64,000 nt of DNA from Parcubacteria group bacterium CG10_big_fil_rev_8_21_14_0_10_36_14 (GTDB taxonomy: Bacteria > Patescibacteriota > Patescibacteriia > GCA-002772895), in assembly GCA_002772895.1 (NCBI GenBank), contig PFCS01000050.1, forward strand, positions 6,728-70,727, given 5' to 3'. The notes beneath the pieces were generated by a model that saw only the letters and a list, made by a program, of their open reading frames with translations, did no database searches and had not been told where the DNA came from. Position numbers and translations under genes: made by a program. Shown here in pieces: positions 1 to 9,158 of this stretch. Position 1 is the stretch's first letter. Each line of letters begins with the position of its first letter.

Positions 1-1329
1 CAGCTTATCAATCTCATCTAAGTCAAAAACTGGATTATTAACGCCAGCCTCAATCATTGCCTTTACAATCCGTCCGGCCATTGTGCCAACATAAGTTCGA
101 CGATGCCCACGGATTGCCGCTTCATCACGAATTCCACCCAAACTAATTCTGACAAACTTTCTGCCAATCGCTTCAGCAATGCCCTTGGCAATTGATGTCT
201 TGCCTGTTCCCGGAGGTCCGTCAAAACAGAGAATCATTCCACGCTTTTTAGGATTAAGCTTAAAAATTGCCAAAAATTCGATAACTCGCCGCTTGAGCTT
301 TTCCAAACCATAATGATCTCTATCTAAAATTTCCTTTGCCAATTTTAGATCAATAATATCTTCTGTCTTTTTATTCCAAGGATAATCACAAAGCATAATG
401 ATATAATCACGCGAAACGTTAGCCTCCATCATACCCTTCGGCATTTGACTATAACGTTCAAGTTCGCGCTGGGCAACTTTCTCTACCCCAATAGGCATAT
501 CAGCCAGTTCAATGCGCCGGGCAAGTTCTTCCGTATCATCCTCTTCATCTGCACCGGTCGTTTTCCTCAATTCATCCAAAACCTGCCTTTTTTTCTGCAT
601 TAAATGATACTGTCGTTGGCTTTCAATAATACTGTCTTTAACTTTGCCGTCAATTTTTTCATCTACTTCTAATTCAACGAGAGTATTAGAAAAACACTCG
701 TATATCTTTTCAAGAAGCTTGAGCGCACTAAATTCATTGAATAGTTCTCGCTGTTCTTTTGAACTCAAAATATTTGACTTCACAAGCTCATAAATCATAA
801 TGTCTACCATAGTATGGACGTTACTCGCTTGGCTGACTTCTTTGATAATTTGATTTTCTATTTTTCCTAATCTTACAAGCTTTTCCAAGATTTCCTTACA
901 GTCACGAAGTAGCCGTCCCACCAAAAGCGAATCAACACCATACAAATTGTAATACTCTACGTTTACAAAAAAAGGCGCGACTGAACTGGTGAAGCTTTTA
1001 ATATGTACCTTTCTTTCTGTAATAAAAGCGCACTGATATTTTGACCCTTCTTTTTTACACGACATAAGCTTGACTTTTACGCCCAATCCATCAAAGGTTT
1101 CCAAATTTTTAGTAGGATCTTTTTCATCATAAGTCGGAATTAAGACAAACCTTGTATGAAAATCGCTTAATACATTGTTATTTCCCAAGTCTAAGCCACT
1201 TTTTAATACTGCCTTAAAAGTCGCAATATTCACATTGGTTTCAAAAAATATTGCTCTTTGCAATTGATCCACAGGAATAAAATTGGCATTAATAAAAACA
1301 GCAGGGAAAACAGACTTTTGCTTCGTCAT
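1..1329 (-). CDS. lon: ATP-dependent Lon protease, N-terminal 443 codons (LON N-domain plus AAA+ module up to Walker B). The 3' remainder, including the protease domain, lies beyond the window start.
   Basis: Missing from the ORF track because it is partial. Reverse-strand translation from the ATG at 1327-1329 reads MTKQKSVFPAVF... and ends ...ILCFDGPPGTGKTSIAKGIAEAIGRKFVRISLGGIRDEAAIRGHRRTYVGTMAGRIVKAMIEAGVNNPVFDLDEIDKL. Walker A (GPPGTGKTS) and Walker B (DLDEIDK) are in the arrangement diagnostic of Lon. 1329 nt is exactly 443 codons in frame with position 1. Confidence 0.9.
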   Translation of the reverse strand, partial: MTKQKSVFPAVFINANFIPVDQLQRAIFFETNVNIATFKAVLKSGLDLGNNNVLSDFHTRFVLIPTYDEKDPTKNLETFDGLGVKVKLMSCKKEGSKYQCAFITERKVHIKSFTSSVAPFFVNVEYYNLYGVDSLLVGRLLRDCKEILEKLVRLGKIENQIIKEVSQASNVHTMVDIMIYELVKSNILSSKEQRELFNEFSALKLLEKIYECFSNTLVELEVDEKIDGKVKDSIIESQRQYHLMQKKRQVLDELRKTTGADEEDDTEELARRIELADMPIGVEKVAQRELERYSQMPKGMMEANVSRDYIIMLCDYPWNKKTEDIIDLKLAKEILDRDHYGLEKLKRRVIEFLAIFKLNPKKRGMILCFDGPPGTGKTSIAKGIAEAIGRKFVRISLGGIRDEAAIRGHRRTYVGTMAGRIVKAMIEAGVNNPVFDLDEIDKL

Positions 1330-1475
1330 TTTTCACCTCTTCCATTTTCAAAGAGCGGGGCGTTCCTACTTATATATAAACATATTTTAGCTAAATATGC
1401 AAGATAGTTTCTATGATATAATAGAAATAAACGAAATGGCGGACAAATACTCTAAAAATAAGCGTTTTTAGCCCT

Positions 1476-1925
1476 ATGGATCGTAATTACTTAAAAAGCA
1501 ATCACATACTAAAAATAGACCTGAATATTTCAAAAAATGCCAGGCTTTTCGTGAATGCTCTTTTAGAGAGCTCAAATGAATTTGATCGGCAAAGATTTGG
1601 CGAAGCGCTTTTAGATGAGTTGTCCGATTTGGCAAAAATTGATATTGTAGAGCTAAAAATTTCTAACACCAAGCAATACCACAAACGTTACCAAAATAAA
1701 ATAGTATCCAAACAATATGGATACTACAAACCAAATGCTAATTATATATTTATATATAACCGCACGGCCGTACAAGGAAAAAACTTGGCGCCAAAAACAT
1801 TTTTAGATACCCTTCTCCATGAATGGCTACATCATTATGATTTCAAAAAATTGGGATTAAACTCAATCCACAGCTCGGGATTTTATAAGCGCCTCGGTCA
1901 TCTCAAAGAAATGCTAGGGATATAA
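1476..1925 (+). CDS. Hypothetical protein with an HExxH motif (TLLHEWLHHYD); possible small metal-dependent hydrolase.
   Basis: 149-aa ORF, divergent from lon. HEWLH resembles a zincin HExxH signature. No other recognisable family features. Confidence 0.45.
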   Translation: MDRNYLKSNHILKIDLNISKNARLFVNALLESSNEFDRQRFGEALLDELSDLAKIDIVELKISNTKQYHKRYQNKIVSKQYGYYKPNANYIFIYNRTAVQGKNLAPKTFLDTLLHEWLHHYDFKKLGLNSIHSSGFYKRLGHLKEMLGI

Positions 1926-1934
1926 TAATTAGAT

Positions 1935-2846
1935 TTATATTATTATCTTAAACTGCTGGGTTGAAATCTTATTCTCATTCATATCCTCTAATAGTCCTCT
2001 GATTATATATTCTCCTTTTTCTAAATAAAACTTATCAAAACTCCGACGAATATCGTCATAACCCCTTGCAGTCACTTTAAAACTTCTATAAAAAGTATTA
2101 TTTATAAAAATCTTTAACACACCCTGAAACTCACTGCATTGCGGATCACGACGACTAATATGCGCTAAAATACTAGTCTCACCATTTTCAGTCTGGCTAT
2201 AAAAATGCTCAATCCAAATATTATATTTTTTCTCTTCTGCCGTAAGGCTTTCAAGCTCCTTTTTTTCCGAATTTTCTTTTGCTTCTTCAATTTTATCATC
2301 AACCAAGATTGCAGTTTGTTCTATTTTTAAAGTTAATTTTTCATTTGCTTCATCATCCAAATTTTCTATTATTTTTCTTACTTCATCCTTACTTTCTTCT
2401 AATTTGCTTTCAATAATAGACTGAACCGCCTTTGGAGCATTTGCATATGTATCTGCCAAAATCTCTTGCTTTTTTAAAATTGCATCACCCAAATCCTCAG
2501 TCAACTTTGCTGTGTCCCCGCCCTCGCTTTTTAGACTATTTATAAAATTCATCGCATCATAAGAATAGTCATCCCCGGCCTTTAAAGCCTTTTCCACTAA
2601 AGCCATATCTCCTTTTTCAAGCAAAGTTCCGGCTTCGCTTATTTTCTCTCCAATCAACTTTGTCAATTTTTCTACTTTTTCACTTTTTTCCTTAGTTCCC
2701 CAAATATCTATTTTTTCAACTAAAGTATCAAAAAAATATAATGGACTGTCCGGCGTTATGCCAGCATTACTTGCAATTGTCTTTCCGCCATAATATGTTA
2801 CCGAAGCAACTGTTATAATTAAGGCTGCGATTAATAATCGAAACAT
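1935..2846 (-). CDS. Membrane-anchored coiled-coil protein of unknown function.
   Basis: N-terminal hydrophobic segment MFRLLIAALIITVASVTYYGG, followed by a long charged K/E-rich, likely coiled-coil region and a C-terminal ~80-aa globular tail. Confidence 0.5.
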   Translation of the reverse strand: MFRLLIAALIITVASVTYYGGKTIASNAGITPDSPLYFFDTLVEKIDIWGTKEKSEKVEKLTKLIGEKISEAGTLLEKGDMALVEKALKAGDDYSYDAMNFINSLKSEGGDTAKLTEDLGDAILKKQEILADTYANAPKAVQSIIESKLEESKDEVRKIIENLDDEANEKLTLKIEQTAILVDDKIEEAKENSEKKELESLTAEEKKYNIWIEHFYSQTENGETSILAHISRRDPQCSEFQGVLKIFINNTFYRSFKVTARGYDDIRRSFDKFYLEKGEYIIRGLLEDMNENKISTQQFKIII

Positions 2847-2857
2847 AGCTATGCTAA

Positions 2858-4006
2858 TTAATCATAAATAATAGTTTTATACTCCTCAATCAGTTTTTCC
2901 ACTATTTTTTTCCAATTATATTTTTCTTCTGCAAATTGACGAGCTTTTCCTCCCATTCTTTTTCTTAAATTTTCATCAAAAATAATTTTACGAATTTTTT
3001 CTGCCAAATCTTTTGCATCCCCAGGCTCTGCCAAAAATCCATTTTCTCCATCATTTATAATGGTTCTTACTCCAGAAAGGTTTGATGCGATAAGTGAGAT
3101 TCCAGAAGCTCCTGCTTCCAAAAGAACAATGCCAAAAGCCTCTGCCCTATCTATTGACGGCAGAACAAAAACGTCGGCTAAGCGATAATAATCCGGAAGC
3201 TCTGCATCTACAACTCCGCCAGTAAAAATAACTTTTTGCGCAATACCCAAGCCCTCTGCCATATTTTGATAATCCTGCTTGAGATCTCCTTCACCAACTA
3301 TAATTAATCTTATATTTTCGTTATTAATTTCTTTTATTGATTTTAATAAAATCGCAAGACCCTTAAAGTTGTGTGGTTTATCCAGACCTCCGACAAAAAG
3401 AATGACTTTATCATTATTATCAATATAGTATTTTTTCAAAAGATCTTCATTTTTTTCTTTTGGAAAAAACTTTTGAGTATCAACTCCAAATGGCAATTCA
3501 AAAAATTTTTCTCTTTTACTATGAAAATATTTTTTTATGTCAGAACTTTCTACATAATCAAACGAAGAAACAATTATTTTATTCGCGCGCTTGAGGAGTA
3601 AAGGGATAATAAATTTTTTATATAGCTGAAAAATAACCCCTCTATATCCATTACTCACCAAGTCCATATGATAAGTCAAAACCAATTTTTTCTTAGGATG
3701 AAAAATAGAATAAAACCAAACCGGAAAACTCGCGCCTAAGAATGGTAAATGGAGATGAATAATATCAAAATCTTTCAATTCAAAAATTATCTTCGGGATC
3801 AATGCGGCATTGCCAATGCTTAAGACGGAATTTATCCTCTTTACTTTAAAATCCTCATTAAAATCAGGACTGATATTACTGTAATTGGGCGTAAAAATAG
3901 TTATGCGAGCACCTCCCTTTGCCAGCTCACGTGAAAAACCATAAACAGAGTTCCCTATGCCTCCTCTATACGGCGGAAATGTGCAAACGATTTGAGCAAT
4001 TTTCAT
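2858..4006 (-). CDS. Glycosyltransferase, GT4 (GT-B fold).
   Basis: N-terminus MKIAQIVCTFPPYRGGIGNSV and C-terminal EAFGIVLLEAGASGISLIASNLSGVRTIINDGENGFLAEPGD (E-x7-E-type GT4 motif). I trimmed the start from the track's 4042 to the MKIAQI methionine, which removes the 28-nt overlap with the upstream GT2. Confidence 0.8.
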   Translation of the reverse strand: MKIAQIVCTFPPYRGGIGNSVYGFSRELAKGGARITIFTPNYSNISPDFNEDFKVKRINSVLSIGNAALIPKIIFELKDFDIIHLHLPFLGASFPVWFYSIFHPKKKLVLTYHMDLVSNGYRGVIFQLYKKFIIPLLLKRANKIIVSSFDYVESSDIKKYFHSKREKFFELPFGVDTQKFFPKEKNEDLLKKYYIDNNDKVILFVGGLDKPHNFKGLAILLKSIKEINNENIRLIIVGEGDLKQDYQNMAEGLGIAQKVIFTGGVVDAELPDYYRLADVFVLPSIDRAEAFGIVLLEAGASGISLIASNLSGVRTIINDGENGFLAEPGDAKDLAEKIRKIIFDENLRKRMGGKARQFAEEKYNWKKIVEKLIEEYKTIIYD

Positions 4007-4014
4007 ATTTTTTA

Positions 4015-5109
4015 TTATAATATTCTTCGAACCATTCTCCAATATAGAGCAAATATCGGATTAGCGATTTTATTTAAAATCCAATTATCCACATCCTGAA
4101 ATAAAATTTTTCCGACAAAGTATTGGGCAATTTCTTTGTCTGTTGTTTTCCGTAATTTTTGTGTTTGCCTTCTTTTGGCGCAAATTTTTCTCCAATTATT
4201 TGGATACAAAAAATATTCATAAACACGAAGTTTCTCCCGCCAAAAACCGGAAAATAATGAAAAGAAAAATAATCCTACCTCCATAACAATAAACGCCGGA
4301 AAAATTAGAATCAATGTCCAAGCGTTATAATTTTTCAAAACCGTTAGATAACGGTTCCTCTCCATAAAATAATACTTTTTTATTGATTTTGAAAACTCAT
4401 ATTTATGATAAATAGTTGATTCGGGCGCCAAAATATTTTTATATCCTGCCAAGCTTAAGCGCCAGCCCAAATCAGTATCTTCGTGATACATAAAAAACTC
4501 TTCATCAAAATACCCAACTTTTTTCAGCGCTTTCATATTAAAAAGTGTTCCCGCTCCACTTGCATAAGCAATATTTAATTCTTCCTCGCGCGCGTACCAA
4601 TCTAATAAATATTTGTCCGCTTTTTCTTTGCTCCATCCATAGCCATAACAATATCCAAAACCAAGATAGTGTATCGCATTTCCCATTGTATTCATAACAT
4701 TGGGTACAGGAAGTCCTGTGGCATCTTTTGGATATAAATAAATCAACGATTGAACTGAACCTATTTTTTCATCCATTTTTTTAAGCGCATTTTCCAAAAA
4801 ATCAAAATTTACAGCAGTATCCTGATTTAAAAGATATGCATAGTCAAACCCTCTTTCTTCCAAATATTTAAATCCAACATTATTCCCTTCGGCAAAACCA
4901 AGATTTTTATAAGATCGTAAAATAGTCAAATTAGAAAATTGTTTTCCAAACTTTTCTTTTACATAATTCGCGCTCCCATCTGTTGAGGCATTATCAATAA
5001 ATAGAATCAAAAAATTAGGATATTTAACTCGCGATAAAGAAAAAAACAAGTCGTCAAGATATGGGCGACTATTATAGGAAACAATAATTATACCTATCTT
5101 TGGATTCAT
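4015..5109 (-). CDS. Glycosyltransferase family 2 (rhamnosyl/galactosyl-transferase-like).
   Basis: IGIIIVSYNSRPYLDDLFFSL...ILFIDNASTDGS is the classic GT2 N-terminal Rossmann-like signature, with DxD-type acidic residues downstream. Confidence 0.8.
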   Translation of the reverse strand: MNPKIGIIIVSYNSRPYLDDLFFSLSRVKYPNFLILFIDNASTDGSANYVKEKFGKQFSNLTILRSYKNLGFAEGNNVGFKYLEERGFDYAYLLNQDTAVNFDFLENALKKMDEKIGSVQSLIYLYPKDATGLPVPNVMNTMGNAIHYLGFGYCYGYGWSKEKADKYLLDWYAREEELNIAYASGAGTLFNMKALKKVGYFDEEFFMYHEDTDLGWRLSLAGYKNILAPESTIYHKYEFSKSIKKYYFMERNRYLTVLKNYNAWTLILIFPAFIVMEVGLFFFSLFSGFWREKLRVYEYFLYPNNWRKICAKRRQTQKLRKTTDKEIAQYFVGKILFQDVDNWILNKIANPIFALYWRMVRRIL

Positions 5110-5148
5110 AATAAACTTTCGTTTGCTATGCTTATTTTATTAAAAGCG

Positions 5149-5466
5149 CTACTCTTTTTTTGCAAGATTTTCTATTATTTTAGAAATGTCCCTTTCAATC
5201 TTTTCCTGCCTCACGAATAACCTGAATATCATATAAAAAACAAAAATAAGCGAACTATAGACCACAAGATCCGCCCCTCTCCCAATACCCAATTTTTCCG
5301 CCAGAAGACTTGTAATTTGCGGAAGAAGAACGACTGCGCCAACCACCAACCAAAAAATAATCCAAAATAAAAACTCACGCAGACTTATTTTTCGTTCTTT
5401 ATACTTTCGAGCCGTCTGCAAAACTATAAGTACAATAATTATTAATATAACGTACTGAATCAGCAT
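5149..5466 (-). CDS. Small two-TM membrane protein (DUF2304-like), typically co-encoded with GtrB-like GT2.
   Basis: 105 aa with two hydrophobic helices (ILIIIVLIVLQ, FWIIFWLVVGAVVLLPQ) and a charged C-terminal tail; lies immediately downstream of a DPM1/GtrB-like GT2. Confidence 0.55.
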   Translation of the reverse strand: MLIQYVILIIIVLIVLQTARKYKERKISLREFLFWIIFWLVVGAVVLLPQITSLLAEKLGIGRGADLVVYSSLIFVFYMIFRLFVRQEKIERDISKIIENLAKKE

Positions 5467-5468
5467 AA

Positions 5469-6125
5469 TTATTTAAAAATTAAATCAAATAAGATATGGA
5501 AAGCGCCAGAAAGACGCTGACCTTTGCGTTTTGAATAAATCGTATATTTCACGGTAATAGGAAGCTCTTTATAGCTCAATTTTAATCGAGCAATTTCATG
5601 AACAATCTCTGACGCATGAGCCATCCTATCCTGACGGATTTTAATTTGTTCCGCTGCTTTGCGGTTCATTATACGAAAACCATTATGTGTATCCGTTAAT
5701 CTCAGTCCGGTGATAGCGCGAGTAAAAAGAATTGCGGATTTAAGAATTATTTTTTTAAAAAGAGGTATTCTATTCCCAGATAAAAATCTCGAACCTAAAA
5801 CTACGTCACATTTTCCGTTAATTACCGGGTGGCACAATCTTGAAATTTCTTCTGCTTCAAATTGACCATCGGCGTCGTATGTTACGACAACATCTGCGCC
5901 CTGCTTTAGGGCATAATTTATTCCTGTGCGCAGAGCTGCCCCCTGACCTCTATTTAAAATATGACGCAAAACCTTTACACCCGCAATCTCTGCAATTTTG
6001 CTTGTCTTGTCTTTTGAACCATCATCAACGACTACTATATCTTTATAAAACTTTTGCACGTCTCTAATCGTATCTGCAATAACAGACGCTTCATTATAAG
6101 CCGGAATGATGACAAAAGTTTGCAT
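5469..6125 (-). CDS. Polyprenol-phosphate sugar synthase, GT2 (DPM1/GtrB/ArnC-like).
   Basis: MQTFVIIPAYNEASVIADTIRDVQKF...VVVDDGSKDKTSKIAEIAG...VVTYDADGQ are the DPM1/GtrB hallmarks. Start trimmed to MQTFVII (the track start at 6197 would overlap the upstream SDR gene). Confidence 0.8.
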   Translation of the reverse strand: MQTFVIIPAYNEASVIADTIRDVQKFYKDIVVVDDGSKDKTSKIAEIAGVKVLRHILNRGQGAALRTGINYALKQGADVVVTYDADGQFEAEEISRLCHPVINGKCDVVLGSRFLSGNRIPLFKKIILKSAILFTRAITGLRLTDTHNGFRIMNRKAAEQIKIRQDRMAHASEIVHEIARLKLSYKELPITVKYTIYSKRKGQRLSGAFHILFDLIFK

Positions 6126-6132
6126 AGATATT

Positions 6133-7125
6133 CTAAATTCCAAAAAGTTCTTTATGTGCCAATGTGTAATCAACCGTCTTCTTAAGTCCATCTTCAAGGC
6201 GTACTAACGGCAACCACCCTAGCTCTTCTTTTGCTTTTTTAATATCTGGCAAAGCAAGCTCGGTTATAAATGGCAGTTCTTTTTTATAAACTATTTTAGA
6301 ATTTGAACCAGTCAGCTTCATAATTTTTTCTGCGACGCTTACAAGGCTCATATCGACATCAGAACCAATATTTACCGGGCCTATATTACTTTTTGCATCT
6401 ATTAATTTTTCCAAAGCATCAACAACATCGGCAACATAAACCATAGAGGTCTTAAATTTTTCATTTCCATATATTTCTAAGTTTTGATTCTGGGTAGCAG
6501 AAACAATAAAATCAATTATCATTTCTCCATCAAAAAGGCGTTGGCGAGGACCATAAACACGGAAAAGACGAGCAATCTTATAATCGGTTTTATAAACCTG
6601 GTGATATGTTGCTACAATTGTTTCCGCAAAACGCTTTCCTTCATCATAACAAGCGCGAGGAGAAAGATGGTCAACTATGCCTTCGGCATCTTCCAAAACT
6701 TTGCCTGCATTTTTTTCTCTTCCGCCATAAACAACCGATGAAGAAACGTGAACAAATTTTGATTTATATTTCAAAACCATCTCCATTATATTTTTCATTC
6801 CTTTAGCGTTTGCATCGAGTGTACTTATTTTATATTTTTCAAAATTTTTAGCCGATGTCGGACAGGCAAAATTTAAAATAGCGTATAATCCCTTGACATT
6901 AATCTGAAACCTTTGGAGTTCGGTCATTTTTTCTAAATCAAATTCCTGGCTTATGTCATGTTTTATAAACTCAAAATCAGAATTCTGAACCAAATGATTT
7001 ATATTTTTCTCACTGCCGGTAGAAAAATTATCCAAACAGATAACATTATATTTTTTTAGCAATCGTTCACATAAATGCGAACCAACAAATCCGGCTCCGC
7101 CGGCAACAAGCACATTTTTTTTCAT
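6133..7125 (-). CDS. NAD-dependent SDR; UDP-glucuronate decarboxylase (UXS)-like epimerase/dehydratase.
   Basis: MKKNVLVAGGAGFVGSHLCERLLKKYNVICLDNFSTGSEKNINHL parallels the UXS N-terminus. Catalytic Y/K sits in ACYDEGKRFAE (UXS: YDEGKRVAE). RLFRVYGPR parallels RIFNTYGPR. Confidence 0.7.
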   Translation of the reverse strand: MKKNVLVAGGAGFVGSHLCERLLKKYNVICLDNFSTGSEKNINHLVQNSDFEFIKHDISQEFDLEKMTELQRFQINVKGLYAILNFACPTSAKNFEKYKISTLDANAKGMKNIMEMVLKYKSKFVHVSSSVVYGGREKNAGKVLEDAEGIVDHLSPRACYDEGKRFAETIVATYHQVYKTDYKIARLFRVYGPRQRLFDGEMIIDFIVSATQNQNLEIYGNEKFKTSMVYVADVVDALEKLIDAKSNIGPVNIGSDVDMSLVSVAEKIMKLTGSNSKIVYKKELPFITELALPDIKKAKEELGWLPLVRLEDGLKKTVDYTLAHKELFGI

Positions 7126-7163
7126 AAAAATTATTTTTTTATTAAAAAATTAATTAAATTAAC

Positions 7164-9155
7164 TTATCTTGAAATAATATATGCGTTAAATTTTACTTTA
7201 CTGTCTTTTCCAAGCGGATATAGAGTTGCTGTACGATTGAAATACTTATCCCAAATGGATATTTCACTGCCCGTTCTAGTCAATATTTCATATTCATTAT
7301 CATTATCTCTATCTCCGGAAGAAACAAAGTCCGCACCACTAAATCCGGGAGATAATAAACGTCCATTTAATGTATAGGTCTTAACTATTTTACCATTTGT
7401 TAAAACTATTTCCGCCCATCCGTCATTATTCATATCTGCGACTGCCATACTTTTATTATATACATAAACAAATTCTCCTAAAAGTTCGCCTTTATTATTT
7501 AAAGTTTTTATATTATTTCCGATTGCAACAATTATCTCATCTTTTCCATCTTTGTTCATATCGCCCAAAGCTATTTGCGAAGCTATTCCCGCAATATCTA
7601 TCTCTTTACCCGCTTCTATTCCATTTTGATTATATACTCTTACTCTCTTTCCATTCCTCGCCTCCACTGTAATTATTTTTGATTTTCCATTACCGTCTAA
7701 ATCACCAATTGCCACTTTGACACCATTGCGGTTGTTGGTATCATAAGCGAAAAATTGATATTCCAATTCTCCGGATAAATTGAAAATTCGTATATGTGGA
7801 CCACCGCCTGCGCCTGCGCCGGCTACAATTTCTGTCATTCCATCATTATCAACATCTCCCAATGCCAAATTAACTCCGCCTCTAAAGCTAGGGGCAAAAG
7901 CATAAAATTCTTTTTTAACATCCCCTTTTCCGTCTAAAAGCCAAATTTTTGGCTCATCGCCTGGATTAGAACCTAAAACATACTTTACTTCCTGCTCTTT
8001 ATTTAATTCCATTGAAATCGGCTCATATCCTACAGTCTTTGCCACATTCAGTCTTCCGCTTCCCAAAAGTCCTGCAAAATACGGGTTTGCTCCATCAATA
8101 TTATCCGTGCTATTTATCAAAACTTCTGTTATCTCTTTATTTGTATAATTTGGATGAATGGCTTTGATTAAAACAGCAGCGCCACTTACTTGTGGAACTG
8201 ACATTGATGTGCCGTTTAGCTTTCCACCAAAAAATTTATTAAAATCACTATCTTTTGAACTATAAAATAAAGAACTATAGATATCTGTCGCTGGAGCTGA
8301 CAAGTCTATGCAACTTTTTCCATAATTGGAAAATTCTGCGCGTTTATCGTCTTTATCTACTCCGGCAACTCCCAAAACCCAGTTCTCGCCATTCTCACCG
8401 AAACAAACAGGATAAGATTTTATATTATCCAAATTAGTCCCATGATTATTACCGCTTTCATTTCCTGCCGCAGCCACCAATAAAATACCTTGTTGATAAG
8501 CTTTTTTTATTGTTTCTTCCAAATCTCTGGAATACCCCAGTCCGACAAAACTCATATTTATAATGTCTGCTCCATTTTTCATAGCATATTCTATAGCTCT
8601 TTGCACAATAACCGTATCTGACTCACCCAACTCATCAAAAGCCCGTAAAACCATTATTTTTGCCTTCCAAGCAACACCTGCTCCGGCAAAAGCGTTATTG
8701 CCTTCTGCCGCAATTAGACCGGCAACAGCTGTTCCATGATGAATTGCTATTTCTGTATGCCAATTTTCTAATTTTGGTTCTGGCTCATTATCATTTTCTA
8801 TAAAATCCCAGCCCTTTACGTCATCTATATATCCATTATTATCATCATCTAACCCATTCCCCGAAATTTCATTTGGATTTATCCAGATATTATTTTTCAA
8901 ATCCGGATGATCCATTTGAACCCCGGAGTCAATAACGGCAACAACTATGTCATTACTTCCTTGTGTTTCTATCCAAGCATCTGGAGCGCCAATTTTTTGT
9001 AAATGCCACTGATATTCTACTCCTATATCACTAACTGTTAATCCAGCAAGATAAAATTTTGCAGGAGACTCTTCTGCTTGACAAACGGGCGTAAAAAAAC
9101 CAAATACAAAAATAAATAAATGGACAAAAACTAATTTTTTTGAAAAATTATGCAT
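7164..9155 (-). CDS. Secreted subtilisin-like serine protease (S8) with C-terminal FG-GAP/VCBS-type repeats.
   Basis: Signal peptide MHNFSKKLVFVHLFIFVFGFFTPVCQA. Catalytic triad boxes are VAVIDSGV (Asp), HGTAVAGLIAA (His) and GTSMSVPQVSGAA (Ser). The C-terminal half carries repeated GDxDNDGxxEI / GDLDGNGKSKII / GDMNKDGKDEII motifs typical of FG-GAP. Confidence 0.85.
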   Translation of the reverse strand: MHNFSKKLVFVHLFIFVFGFFTPVCQAEESPAKFYLAGLTVSDIGVEYQWHLQKIGAPDAWIETQGSNDIVVAVIDSGVQMDHPDLKNNIWINPNEISGNGLDDDNNGYIDDVKGWDFIENDNEPEPKLENWHTEIAIHHGTAVAGLIAAEGNNAFAGAGVAWKAKIMVLRAFDELGESDTVIVQRAIEYAMKNGADIINMSFVGLGYSRDLEETIKKAYQQGILLVAAAGNESGNNHGTNLDNIKSYPVCFGENGENWVLGVAGVDKDDKRAEFSNYGKSCIDLSAPATDIYSSLFYSSKDSDFNKFFGGKLNGTSMSVPQVSGAAVLIKAIHPNYTNKEITEVLINSTDNIDGANPYFAGLLGSGRLNVAKTVGYEPISMELNKEQEVKYVLGSNPGDEPKIWLLDGKGDVKKEFYAFAPSFRGGVNLALGDVDNDGMTEIVAGAGAGGGPHIRIFNLSGELEYQFFAYDTNNRNGVKVAIGDLDGNGKSKIITVEARNGKRVRVYNQNGIEAGKEIDIAGIASQIALGDMNKDGKDEIIVAIGNNIKTLNNKGELLGEFVYVYNKSMAVADMNNDGWAEIVLTNGKIVKTYTLNGRLLSPGFSGADFVSSGDRDNDNEYEILTRTGSEISIWDKYFNRTATLYPLGKDSKVKFNAYIISR

Positions 9156-9158
9156 AAA

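Noticed and set aside
1330-1475. Looked for a CIRCE (TTAGCACTC-N9-GAGTGCTAA) or other heat-shock operator upstream of lon.
   Set aside because: No convincing inverted repeat is present in the 146-nt lon/ORF-1476 intergenic region; only generic AT-rich sequence.
3371-3601. Numerous 60-125-aa ORFs in the track that lie inside or antisense to the large CDSs (e.g. 3371-3601, 5659-5865, 6484-6741, 10662-10850, 16417-16770, 20065-20445, 30824-31186, 48067-48444).
   Set aside because: All are embedded in well-supported genes on the other strand or frame. Their low-complexity AT-rich translations carry no recognisable domains, so I treat them as spurious.
4015-4042. 28-nt overlap between the GT2 (4015-5109) and the ORF-track start of the GT4 (2858-4042).
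   Set aside because: It is more likely an over-extended ORF than a real long overlap. The internal Met at 4006 (MKIAQIVCTFPP…) gives the canonical GT4 N-terminus and removes the overlap.
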